A stretch of 64,000 bases of DNA, taken from positions 1,286 through 65,285 of the forward strand of contig JAUHYU010000013.1 in the NCBI GenBank assembly GCA_030426345.1, read 5' to 3'. Position 1 is the stretch's first letter; each line of letters begins with the position of its first letter. A model generated the notes under the pieces. That model was not told the DNA's origin. It did not search any database and was given only the letters and a program-made list of their open reading frames with translations. Positions 47,364 through 56,078 of this stretch are shown piece after piece. Source of the stretch: Bacteroidia bacterium. Lineage in GTDB: Bacteria > Bacteroidota > Bacteroidia > Cytophagales > Cyclobacteriaceae. The position numbers and the translations under genes are program-made.

Positions 47364-47492
47364 ATGTGTAGTAAGCTAAAATTTATACCGAAGAGAAACA
47401 ACATAAAATGCAATGATGAATCTAAAGCCTATTCAAGGTTTGAAAGCATATCAATTCGGCTTAAATTGTCTCCCATCACAAATTAAAGACCT

Positions 47493-49025
47493 ATGACTAC
47501 TAAAAATATTCCTGTTAACTTATTATTTATCCTTCTTGTTGTTCTCAGTTTTTCTTGTTCGCAAAAGGCAGACAATTCCACAGGAAAAGAGGCACCTCCA
47601 AACTTTATCCTTTTAATGGGCGATGATCATGGTTGGGATGAAGTGGGGTATAATGGTCATCCACATATCAAAACACCGGTACTAGACGAGATGTCCACAG
47701 AAGGCTTGCGATTTGATCGTTTTTACTCAGGCCACCCATCGTGCTCACCAACGCGAGGTAGTTTCATGACTGGGCGACATCCTAACCGCTACGGTACCTT
47801 TTCACCCAATTGGTCGATCAGGCCTGAGGAAATAAGTATTGCTCATATCTTAGGTGAGGCGGGGTATGCAAGTGCACATTATGGAAAATGGCATATAGGG
47901 CCAGTAAAAAGAGATTCACCAACAAGTCCTGGTGCGATGGGTTTTGATGAATGGCTTTCGCACGACAATTTCTTTGAGATGAATCCTGTTCTTTCTCGCA
48001 ATGGAGAGGATCCTCAGGAATTCAAAGGAGAAGGGTCTGCAATAATTATTGATGAGGCAATTTCATTTATCGAAAAGAGTACTGAAAATAATCAACTATT
48101 TTTTGTGGTCGTTTGGTATGGTTCTCCACATGAGCCATATAGTGGATTAGCAGAAGATTTATCCATTTACGATGATATTGTACAACAGTATGAGGATCAA
48201 ACAGTCAAACTTACCTCCAACGAAACTGGAAAAAGGGTAGAGCGTCCATTGGGCGAGGTATTGCGCGAAAGATATGCTGAAATCACAGCCATGGATCGGT
48301 CGATAGGAACATTGCGAAACTACCTAAAAAATGCCGGACTCCGGGACAATACGCTGTTGTGGTATTGCGGTGACAACGGGACGCCTGCGAGTGCAGCTCG
48401 TACAGGCATGACTTTGCGCGGGCAAAAAGCCACCATGTATGAAGGAGGAATACGTGTTCCTGCTGCCCTAGAATGGCCAGGTCGTATTAAGGCAGCAAAA
48501 GTCACAAATGTCAATTCCGTGACCAGCGATTTTCTGCCTACACTTTGTGAATTGGCAGGAGCACCATATCCAAATCGACCCCTGGACGGCATAAGCCTTG
48601 TTGCGACCATTGATGGGGACCAGCAGGTTCGCGACAAACCAATTTTCTTCTGGAGCTTTGAGACAGGAAAGGTGTTTGATGAATCATCGCAGCCTTACAT
48701 TGATCCTATCTCGCAAGAGGGCACGACACCGCTTGCCAAGATAATGGCTGGAAAATATACCCGTTCCTTTAAAAACTACAAATATCCAGAGATTGACATG
48801 AGCCACATCGGTGGTGCCAGAGTGATGCTAGACAATCAGTACAAATTGGTGTTGGATGAAAACTCAGAAACAAAAACAGGCGTGGAATTATTTGACATCA
48901 TCAATGACTCGGCAGAATCTAAAAATTTAATGGAGCAACGGCCGGAAGTTGTTTCAACCATGCAGAAACAACTGCTAGATTGGCAAAAAGAAGTGCTAAC
49001 GAGCCTAACAGGAGCTGATTATTGA
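47493..49025 (+). CDS. arylsulfatase-family (S1) sulfatase
   Basis: Lipoprotein-type signal (VLSFSC), LLMGDDHGWD and the FGly motif HPSCSPTRGSFMTGR. Confidence 0.9.
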   Translation: MTTKNIPVNLLFILLVVLSFSCSQKADNSTGKEAPPNFILLMGDDHGWDEVGYNGHPHIKTPVLDEMSTEGLRFDRFYSGHPSCSPTRGSFMTGRHPNRYGTFSPNWSIRPEEISIAHILGEAGYASAHYGKWHIGPVKRDSPTSPGAMGFDEWLSHDNFFEMNPVLSRNGEDPQEFKGEGSAIIIDEAISFIEKSTENNQLFFVVVWYGSPHEPYSGLAEDLSIYDDIVQQYEDQTVKLTSNETGKRVERPLGEVLRERYAEITAMDRSIGTLRNYLKNAGLRDNTLLWYCGDNGTPASAARTGMTLRGQKATMYEGGIRVPAALEWPGRIKAAKVTNVNSVTSDFLPTLCELAGAPYPNRPLDGISLVATIDGDQQVRDKPIFFWSFETGKVFDESSQPYIDPISQEGTTPLAKIMAGKYTRSFKNYKYPEIDMSHIGGARVMLDNQYKLVLDENSETKTGVELFDIINDSAESKNLMEQRPEVVSTMQKQLLDWQKEVLTSLTGADY

Positions 49026-49081
49026 ATTATTTTAGGGAGGGAATACTTTGGCTTTTTGTGGGGTTTAAAAGTGACTGAAAC

Positions 49082-50167
49082 CTATTTCCTTTTTCTCCGG
49101 TAGCTGTGTTTGTCGATTCCCAGGCCGGGCAATTCATTGGGATAGATAACGCCTTTCTTCAAATGAAATAATCCCGGGTAGGGATCATGGGTAAAATCCA
49201 AATGGCTGTCCAAATCAGCAAATTCGATATTGCGGCGGCTGAGGGCGAAATGCAGCCCTGCAGAAATACCCAGTTGGCATTCGTCTAGGCAACCCACCAT
49301 CACTTCATAGCCGGCTGATTTGGCGACTGAATTGATATTCAAGCCTTCTTGAATACCGCCCACTTTCATGAGCTTGACATTGATCATATCGACCCGGTTG
49401 TTTTTTGCCAACCGAAAAGAATCCTTGAGGGTTTTTAAACTTTCATCGGCCATCACAGGTTGCTGAATCTGATCGGTCAATTCGCTGAATTTATGTTCAT
49501 GTCTGGTTGCCATGGGCTGCTCAAAAATTTCAATGTTGACATCCCCTATTTCTGTAGCAAAATGGATTGCCTCTTCCAATTTATATCCCTGGTTTCCATC
49601 AAACCTCAATCGGATTTTTGGGTATTTTTTTCTGACGATCCTGAGTTTCTCAATGTCCTCTTCCATATCAACTCCTCCTTTGAGTTTGATGATGTAGAAT
49701 CCCTGTTCTATAAATTGATCGGCTTTTTGAATCGTTTCCTCCAATGGTAAAATACCAATGGTTACGCTCGTAGGGATACTCTCGCGGAATCCCCCAAGGT
49801 ATTTATAAAGCGGGACACCGGCATATTTGGCCACAAGATCAAACAATGCATTATCCACCATATTGAGTACAGAAGATTTGATAGAATCCTCCATCCTAAG
49901 CTCATGAATGATGCGGTTATAATTGAAAGGGTCTCTGTCTTGCAATAACGGTTTAAGCACATCCTCGAATTGACGCTGTACGTCATCGGGCGTTTCACCC
50001 GTCACCGGAACATCGGGTGCAGCACATCCAAAACCCTCAATCTTGCCCTTATCGGTTTGAAGCCGGAGCACAAAGTTGGTAGCGGAGGATATGGTTTCAT
50101 AAGCGATCGTGTACGGTTCACTTAGCTCCAAATCGTACCTTTCCAACTCCAGCCCAGTTATTCTCAT
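49082..50167 (-). CDS. enolase-superfamily MLE-subgroup epimerase/racemase (dipeptide epimerase or N-acetyl-D-Glu racemase DgcA-like)
   Basis: KxK motif IIKLKGG, metal ligands in RFDGNQGY, FEQPM and VMADES, and a second catalytic Lys in INVKLMKVGG. Confidence 0.8.
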   Translation of the reverse strand: MRITGLELERYDLELSEPYTIAYETISSATNFVLRLQTDKGKIEGFGCAAPDVPVTGETPDDVQRQFEDVLKPLLQDRDPFNYNRIIHELRMEDSIKSSVLNMVDNALFDLVAKYAGVPLYKYLGGFRESIPTSVTIGILPLEETIQKADQFIEQGFYIIKLKGGVDMEEDIEKLRIVRKKYPKIRLRFDGNQGYKLEEAIHFATEIGDVNIEIFEQPMATRHEHKFSELTDQIQQPVMADESLKTLKDSFRLAKNNRVDMINVKLMKVGGIQEGLNINSVAKSAGYEVMVGCLDECQLGISAGLHFALSRRNIEFADLDSHLDFTHDPYPGLFHLKKGVIYPNELPGLGIDKHSYRRKRK

Positions 50168-50186
50168 TGAATTGTTGTCATCCGGT

Positions 50187-51263
50187 TTACTTCTTTATTT
50201 TGTCTATCAGCAGTTGCGCCAAATCATCTGCACCAAATTTTAACACATCAAAACAGGGCAATCCGGTTTCTGCGGTTACATCCTTGCAGGCAGATTGGAT
50301 TTGATCATCCCGAAGCAATTCATGATTCAATGTAATGGCCAATACATCCTTGCCAGAAATCACTTTTATGGCATTGATTTGTTCATCTATCGGATGCAAT
50401 GGGTACCCCGGGAAACCATCATATTCTTTTCTTGTAGGGGCATGTTGCAAAATGACAAAATCCGGCCTTCCGGCAGCCAAAATTTCAAAACCACCGGGGT
50501 AAGCAGGGTTCATCAAACTCCCCTGTCCTTCTATGACGATCAAATCCGGTTTTTTCTCTTGATAGGCATTGACCACGGCATGCTCTATTTCACCAGAAAC
50601 AAAATCATTGATACAACTGTCCATAATCATGGAATACTGCGCTCCCTGCATCCAGGCTGTTTGACCGGTACCTACCATTTCGGCTTTATATCCTGCTTTG
50701 CGCACAGCATGTACGATAAGCCAGGCCGTTGTTCTCTTTCCAATAGCAGAATCAGTACCAAGTACAGCAATTTTCAGACAATTTACTTCCTCTATATCAC
50801 CTGTAAAGAAATGTAGTTGATCCCGATCAGGCGTTTTTCGCACATCCCGGATTGTACAATCATTTTCTTTGGCCAAAGCCACCAGCACAGGGTCGTTGGT
50901 GAGAAAGTCGTGAAGACCTGAGTCAACGTTCAACCCAATCTGTAATGCTTCCTTGATCTCAGACTTCGCTTCAACAGGTAGCCGCCCTCCGTCGGGGGCG
51001 AGCCCAATCACGAATTGCTTCGGCTGCACGTTTTTTTGTTGGCATGTTTCCATTGCCTTAGCGAAACTGTCAACAATCGGAATGCCATTGGCTTTACCGT
51101 CTAGCACTAGGCCGGCATCCTGACCTGAATATTTACCGTCAATGACAGCTTCAACTTGGTATCTTTCTGTAAACCGCACCAGTCCATGTGCAGTTTTCCC
51201 ATTGGGTGTATTAAAGGCCCCATCGCAATAAACGATGGCTGACCCATCTAATTTTTTACTCAT
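50187..51263 (-). CDS. DUF1611 family protein (DgcN-like putative N-acetyltransferase)
   Basis: 358 aa. The P-loop-like VLGTDSAIGKRTTAW is typical of DUF1611. Its ATG overlaps the stop of the upstream PLP-enzyme gene (TAATG). Confidence 0.7.
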   Translation of the reverse strand: MSKKLDGSAIVYCDGAFNTPNGKTAHGLVRFTERYQVEAVIDGKYSGQDAGLVLDGKANGIPIVDSFAKAMETCQQKNVQPKQFVIGLAPDGGRLPVEAKSEIKEALQIGLNVDSGLHDFLTNDPVLVALAKENDCTIRDVRKTPDRDQLHFFTGDIEEVNCLKIAVLGTDSAIGKRTTAWLIVHAVRKAGYKAEMVGTGQTAWMQGAQYSMIMDSCINDFVSGEIEHAVVNAYQEKKPDLIVIEGQGSLMNPAYPGGFEILAAGRPDFVILQHAPTRKEYDGFPGYPLHPIDEQINAIKVISGKDVLAITLNHELLRDDQIQSACKDVTAETGLPCFDVLKFGADDLAQLLIDKIKK

Positions 51264-52330
51264 TATTTTGTATTTTTTGCAGTTAGAATAGCTACATAAC
51301 GGTCAGGGGCAAAGGAAAGTTGCTCATGTTGTTTGAGCAACCCTATCAGTCCTGCTGTAGAAGCCGGAAGTATGTTTTTAGATTCTTTAGCCATTAAGTA
51401 TTTGGCGGTAATTTTCATTTCCTGATCATTGACGTTGTAAGCACTTCCGCCACTTTGTCTGATGGCATACAAAGCCTCCTCTCCATCGAAACTGTGCCAG
51501 TTGACAAGCGGTTCGTTCATAACAGTTTCTTTGATCGACTCAGGCTTTAAGTCTACACATTGGCTCAATCCTTTATTAAACGAATATACGATAGGGTTTT
51601 TACCGACGGACGAAGCCCCGAGCATAAATGGAATTCGAGAGGTTTTGCCCCTTTTGTATAAAGTCACAAAGCCCCTATAAATCCCAGCCAATAAAGTACC
51701 GTTGGAAATCGGAACTGCACAGATTTTTGGTGCATCACGCAATTGATCATAAATTTCGTATGCAATCTCGCTATAGGCTTGTATTTGCAATGGTGTATTG
51801 GCCCCTCCAGGGTTGGCATCATACCATTTGTTTTCTTTGGCCAGTTGGCTGCTCTCTATCACATTGTCTTCGTAGGTGCCTTTGAACCTGATAATCTCAC
51901 TTCCAAAGTCTTCCATTTCTTTGATGCGTACTGTATGGTAAGATTCCGGTATGTAAACTTTGCATTTGATGTTCGCAAGGCTAGCTGCATAGGATACTGC
52001 CGAACCATAATTGCCACATGTCGCCAAACTGATGGTGTTGTATTTTCGGCGCATGGCATCATAAACCTGCGCAAATGCAATCCTATCCTTTTGTGTTCCT
52101 GTAGGGTTGTCGCCTTCTGTTTTCAGATAAAGCTGCCTAATGTCATAATCGCGCTCCATACTTTTGGCCCTGAGCAAACTGGTATCACCGACTTCAAGAT
52201 TGATAATGTCTTCCAGAGATTCCAGTCGGTCAATGAATCGATTTTTTTTATTCTTGACGAATTCACTAAGCTCCAGTGTTTCTTTACTGAATTTATACTC
52301 AACTGTTTTTGTTAAATCCCTTATGTTCAT
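51263..52330 (-). CDS. PLP-dependent enzyme, tryptophan-synthase-beta/threonine-synthase-like fold
   Basis: 355 aa with the PLP-lysine context EGDNPTGTQKDR and a Gly-rich phosphate loop. Specificity unknown. Confidence 0.75.
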   Translation of the reverse strand: MNIRDLTKTVEYKFSKETLELSEFVKNKKNRFIDRLESLEDIINLEVGDTSLLRAKSMERDYDIRQLYLKTEGDNPTGTQKDRIAFAQVYDAMRRKYNTISLATCGNYGSAVSYAASLANIKCKVYIPESYHTVRIKEMEDFGSEIIRFKGTYEDNVIESSQLAKENKWYDANPGGANTPLQIQAYSEIAYEIYDQLRDAPKICAVPISNGTLLAGIYRGFVTLYKRGKTSRIPFMLGASSVGKNPIVYSFNKGLSQCVDLKPESIKETVMNEPLVNWHSFDGEEALYAIRQSGGSAYNVNDQEMKITAKYLMAKESKNILPASTAGLIGLLKQHEQLSFAPDRYVAILTAKNTK

Positions 52331-52480
52331 GATTAATTGAAAATCAGATTAAACGATAAATTAATTGACATTCAAATATTAAAATAGACAATCGCTATTA
52401 TATTTTTGTACTTACGAATCTATGGAATAATACCATAGTTGGTTATGAATAGCGGATTATTTTCATAGATTTCTTATTTC

Positions 52481-52522
52481 CTAAAAAGCCTTTAAAATCC
52501 ATGGATTTTAAAGGCTTTTTAG
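52481..52522. repeat. perfect 42-bp palindrome made of two motif copies fused at CCATGG
   Basis: CTAAAAAGCCTTTAAAATCCATGGATTTTAAAGGCTTTTTAG. Lies 30 nt downstream of the TonB-receptor stop. Confidence 0.95.
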
Positions 52523-52551
52523 GATTAAATCGGGTTCATGGGGCTTATGGC

Positions 52552-55056
52552 TTAAAACTCCTTCTCGCCAAATTCACTTTTTATAAATTTAGCACTGTTT
52601 TTTAGCTTGTTAAATTTATAGCTGAGGTTGATGATGACCATATCTACTTCATAGACATAGTTGGTGGTGGTGTAAAAAGCCTTTCGGACATTATCTGCAG
52701 GATCGATATATTCGCCGGAAGTCGTGATCCGCTGTTCGTTGGTATCCAGCAATCCCATATCCATGTTGAGCCATTGTCCGGTAACGGTAAACCTGTCGTC
52801 GAAAAAGGATTTTTTTACCGTCAAGTTTGGCGAATAAAAACGCGTGTCCACTCCCTGAGCGGTGATGCGATCGGAAAGGTAATTGAGCGTCCACTGAATG
52901 CTTAAGGTAGAAGTCACATCAAAAGTAGTATTGATATTGAAAGAATGCTGCCAAGCACTTGTATTGATTTCTGAAACGTTAAACATTCCATCAATGGCAT
53001 AATGATAAATATTACCACCCACATTTAACTTCCACCAATCGCTCAGTTTTAAGTCAGCCCCTAATTCCAAACCAAAGGCCTCACCATTCCCTACATTGGT
53101 ATATATCCTATTGAGCACCGTGTCGCTATCCACAGTATTCACACGGTTAATCACGTTTTGGGTATTTCTATAATATACATTGCCAAAAACGGAATGATCT
53201 TCAAAATCCTTGATAAAGCCAAACTCCACGAGGTCGATAAACTCCGGCAACAGGTTGGCATCGCCCTGTTCGAGCGTTTCCGAATGTTCCTTTTCCTTAA
53301 ATGGATTCATTTTAAATGTCGTGGTGCGCTCCACGCGTTTGCTATAGGCAGCTTTCAGTTTCAGGTCGTCCTTTACAGTGTATTGCAAATTGGCAGATGG
53401 AAATAATTTAACATAGTCGTAATTCAACACCTCGGTTTGAGATCCGGGCACGCTGCTGAGAAAATCTAGTTGCCTGTCCATGGCCTCAATCCGCAGCCCC
53501 GCACCATAATTCCATTTCCCCTTTTCACCCGCAAAATCCAAATACCCTGAGTGAATCTTTCTTTTCAAATTGAGATTGCTCGAATATTCATAGACAGTTT
53601 CCCATTCGTCTGTATCAAAGTTGTAGGCTTCATACAGAAAATCCCCTTTGTGATCAAGGTTTCGATATTGATATCCCATGGATAATTGACCCATTTCCCA
53701 TGGTTTCCATTCGTAGTCAATATTAAACCTGGTTCCATGAAGTGGGTTGTCGTTGGTATTGTATTCGTCATTATATATTTCTTGGCCTTCAGGCCAATCA
53801 TAGTCCAGGTTTTGACTTGTAGTAGGCCCTCCTAGAAGCGTATATTCATATAAGTAAGAAGCAGAAAGTTTTGATTTATTTTCAAAAGTGTGTGCATAGT
53901 CAATACTTCCCAACACAAAATCACCCGTTCTTATCCGAAGGTTATGATTATAATAATCGAACGACCCAATCTGTTCTCCGCCTGGTAATCGATAGTTAGT
54001 ATTGTTATAGTAAATATCTGCCAAACGATCCTTTGACCTTTTACCGGCATAGAAGCCAAAGTTAAAATCGTTATTTTCATCGGGATGAAAACCAATAGCG
54101 AGCCGGCCTGAATAATTGGTCTCAACAAAACTTCTTTCCCCGTCAGACGGAAATTGCGTACGCTTATCCCCTATTTCCGTCCACACATCACCTTCCCTGC
54201 GTCCTGACAAATCATTTCTTTGGTAACTTCCTCCAAGCGAAAGATCCCACTTGTCTTTGCGATAGTTGATCGTGAAGTCGCCACCGTATCGAACGGGGTT
54301 TTCCTTGTTGTCGTACGGCTCGATGCTAGGCATACCAATTTTGGCATTCACCTGTGCAAATACGCCATCTGTGGCATTTCGAGTGGTTATGATGTTGATG
54401 ATGCCTGCCTTGCCTTCAGAATCATACTTGGCCGATGGGGCAGTGATCACTTCAATATTTTGAATGGCATTGGCAGGCAACTGATTGAGCAGCATCGATA
54501 CATCAGACTGGATCGGCTTACCATTGAGCAAGACCACAAAACCAGTAGCCCCTCTTACCATGATTCCACCTTCAGAATTCATACTTACTGAAGGCAAATT
54601 GCGGAGTACATCAGTTGCGGTACCTCCTTCGCTGCTTTGGTATTGGGAGGTTTCATAAACCTGCCGATCTACCTTGTGCATGGTCGTGACGCGCTCACCC
54701 GAAATCTCCAGCTCTTCTAAAAGTTTCTCATTGGCATACATAACTATGGATCCCAAATCTAAAGTCTGTCTTTTGGATAAGCTGATGCCCTCAACTTTTT
54801 CAGTGGCAAAACCCATGAATTGCGCTTCCAAATAATAATTTCCCGGCTTTATATCCTTTAACTCAAACTTGCCTTGTTCATTAGATACCACTCCGGCAAT
54901 AAGAGTACTATCACTTATATCATACAATGCCACGCTGGCAAATTCAATGGGTGACTTTTCAGAATTGTCAACTAGTTTCCCTTTTATAATAGATTGGCCA
55001 AATACAAATGATGTTATTAAGAATAAAAAGAATAGGATAAATGGTCCTTTCATCAA
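52552..55056 (-). CDS. TonB-dependent receptor (CarboxypepD_reg + plug + barrel, not SusC-type)
   Basis: 834 aa with a signal peptide, IKGKLVDNSEKSPIEFASVAL, the plug motif ...MVRGATGFVVLLNGKP, and a terminal F. Confidence 0.88.
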   Translation of the reverse strand: MMKGPFILFFLFLITSFVFGQSIIKGKLVDNSEKSPIEFASVALYDISDSTLIAGVVSNEQGKFELKDIKPGNYYLEAQFMGFATEKVEGISLSKRQTLDLGSIVMYANEKLLEELEISGERVTTMHKVDRQVYETSQYQSSEGGTATDVLRNLPSVSMNSEGGIMVRGATGFVVLLNGKPIQSDVSMLLNQLPANAIQNIEVITAPSAKYDSEGKAGIINIITTRNATDGVFAQVNAKIGMPSIEPYDNKENPVRYGGDFTINYRKDKWDLSLGGSYQRNDLSGRREGDVWTEIGDKRTQFPSDGERSFVETNYSGRLAIGFHPDENNDFNFGFYAGKRSKDRLADIYYNNTNYRLPGGEQIGSFDYYNHNLRIRTGDFVLGSIDYAHTFENKSKLSASYLYEYTLLGGPTTSQNLDYDWPEGQEIYNDEYNTNDNPLHGTRFNIDYEWKPWEMGQLSMGYQYRNLDHKGDFLYEAYNFDTDEWETVYEYSSNLNLKRKIHSGYLDFAGEKGKWNYGAGLRIEAMDRQLDFLSSVPGSQTEVLNYDYVKLFPSANLQYTVKDDLKLKAAYSKRVERTTTFKMNPFKEKEHSETLEQGDANLLPEFIDLVEFGFIKDFEDHSVFGNVYYRNTQNVINRVNTVDSDTVLNRIYTNVGNGEAFGLELGADLKLSDWWKLNVGGNIYHYAIDGMFNVSEINTSAWQHSFNINTTFDVTSTLSIQWTLNYLSDRITAQGVDTRFYSPNLTVKKSFFDDRFTVTGQWLNMDMGLLDTNEQRITTSGEYIDPADNVRKAFYTTTNYVYEVDMVIINLSYKFNKLKNSAKFIKSEFGEKEF

Positions 55057-55079
55057 TGTGCAAATTTAATTTTTGCACA
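55057..55079. promoter_or_regulatory. 8-bp inverted repeat abutting the TonB-receptor start codon
   Basis: TGTGCAAA-N7-TTTGCACA, starting 1 nt upstream of the ATG whose first base (minus strand) is at 55056. Confidence 0.35.
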
Positions 55080-55138
55080 AAAGTCCGAATTGGATTATTT
55101 AAAATACGGTATTAATTCATGGATTCATGGTGCATTTT

Positions 55139-55948
55139 TCAATGCGATGCAGACCTGTACTCCATGGGTGTCATGGCGGTGAGTGATTTAAAAAATTTAT
55201 TGAAGTTGGAAGCATCGCTAAAATCCAACTGATAGGCAATTTCTGATATTGTGAGGCTGGTATGGGAAATGAGATTTTTAGCCTCAATAATTATGCGCTC
55301 TTTAATGATGTTTTGTGCGGAAGATTGCATCACTTTTTGGCATATAGTATTTAGTCTGTGTGTGCTGATTTTCATCAAATCTGCATAATCTGAAACCTTT
55401 CGTAGCTGCAAAAAGTGCTTGTCAATTAGCTTTTTAAAAGTATTAAAATCCGCAAGAAGAAAATCATCTATCTGTGATTCACCACCCTCAAGGGAAATCG
55501 TCTTTATGATAATGAGATTGAGATATGCACTTAGAATTTCATGGGATTCACCTGCTTTGAACAACTTATAAAATCGTTCTACAAGATGAATGAGTTCTCC
55601 ATCTCCAGAAAACTCAAAAATCTTTGAAAGCTTAAAGAGGCCATTCAAAGTAGTTGGATAGTTGTTCAAAAAATCTTCTTTAAAAAGTATTACAAATCCA
55701 TCGGGAATCTGGGAAAAATCCCAACAATGCACGCTTCCCGGACTTAGGTAAAATCCATCAAACGGTTTAACTTCAAACAACTTGTCATCAACTGAATGAG
55801 TACCAGAACCTCTCGACAGATAAATCAGTTCATGGTATCCCGCATGTTTATGGGGTTTGGTCGGTTTGATCACAGGCTTCATCCGTGAAACCTTCACCAG
55901 CATATCCTCATCTAATTTCTTCTTCAATCCGATCGATCCCGATGACAT
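55139..55948 (-). CDS. AraC-family transcriptional regulator with cupin-like sensor domain
   Basis: N-terminal cupin-like HKHAGYHELIYLSRGSGTH...GSVHCW. C-terminal double HTH ...ISEIAYQLDFSDASNFNKFFKSLTAMTPMEYR. Confidence 0.9.
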   Translation of the reverse strand: MSSGSIGLKKKLDEDMLVKVSRMKPVIKPTKPHKHAGYHELIYLSRGSGTHSVDDKLFEVKPFDGFYLSPGSVHCWDFSQIPDGFVILFKEDFLNNYPTTLNGLFKLSKIFEFSGDGELIHLVERFYKLFKAGESHEILSAYLNLIIIKTISLEGGESQIDDFLLADFNTFKKLIDKHFLQLRKVSDYADLMKISTHRLNTICQKVMQSSAQNIIKERIIIEAKNLISHTSLTISEIAYQLDFSDASNFNKFFKSLTAMTPMEYRSASH

Positions 55949-56078
55949 AATTATTTCTAATGTTTAATTTTAAATACATACCGAAAATCCAGTATTCTAA
56001 AGGCAAAGCTACGACTTTGACAGAAACTTGTTGTGAAGTACACTGACCATTTCCCTCGTCCTGATTTTACCTGTAAAA

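Noticed and set aside
45046-52431. Shared 13-mer TCTATGGAATAAT at 45046-45058 and 52419-52431, each about 35-65 nt from a palindromic motif copy. This suggested a longer composite repeat unit.
   Set aside because: Across both strands of 64 kb, on the order of 100 chance 13-mer matches between arbitrary position pairs are expected (about 8e9 pairs / 4^13). The flanks do not align further, so the match is not significant by itself.
55057-55079. The TGTG...CACA ends of the receptor-proximal inverted repeat as a CRP/FNR-type site, or as a Fur box for an iron-regulated receptor.
   Set aside because: The spacing is TGTGC-N13-GCACA, which does not match TGTGA-N6-TCACA. There is no resemblance to the GATAATGATAATCATTATC Fur consensus. 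It is kept only as a generic inverted repeat.
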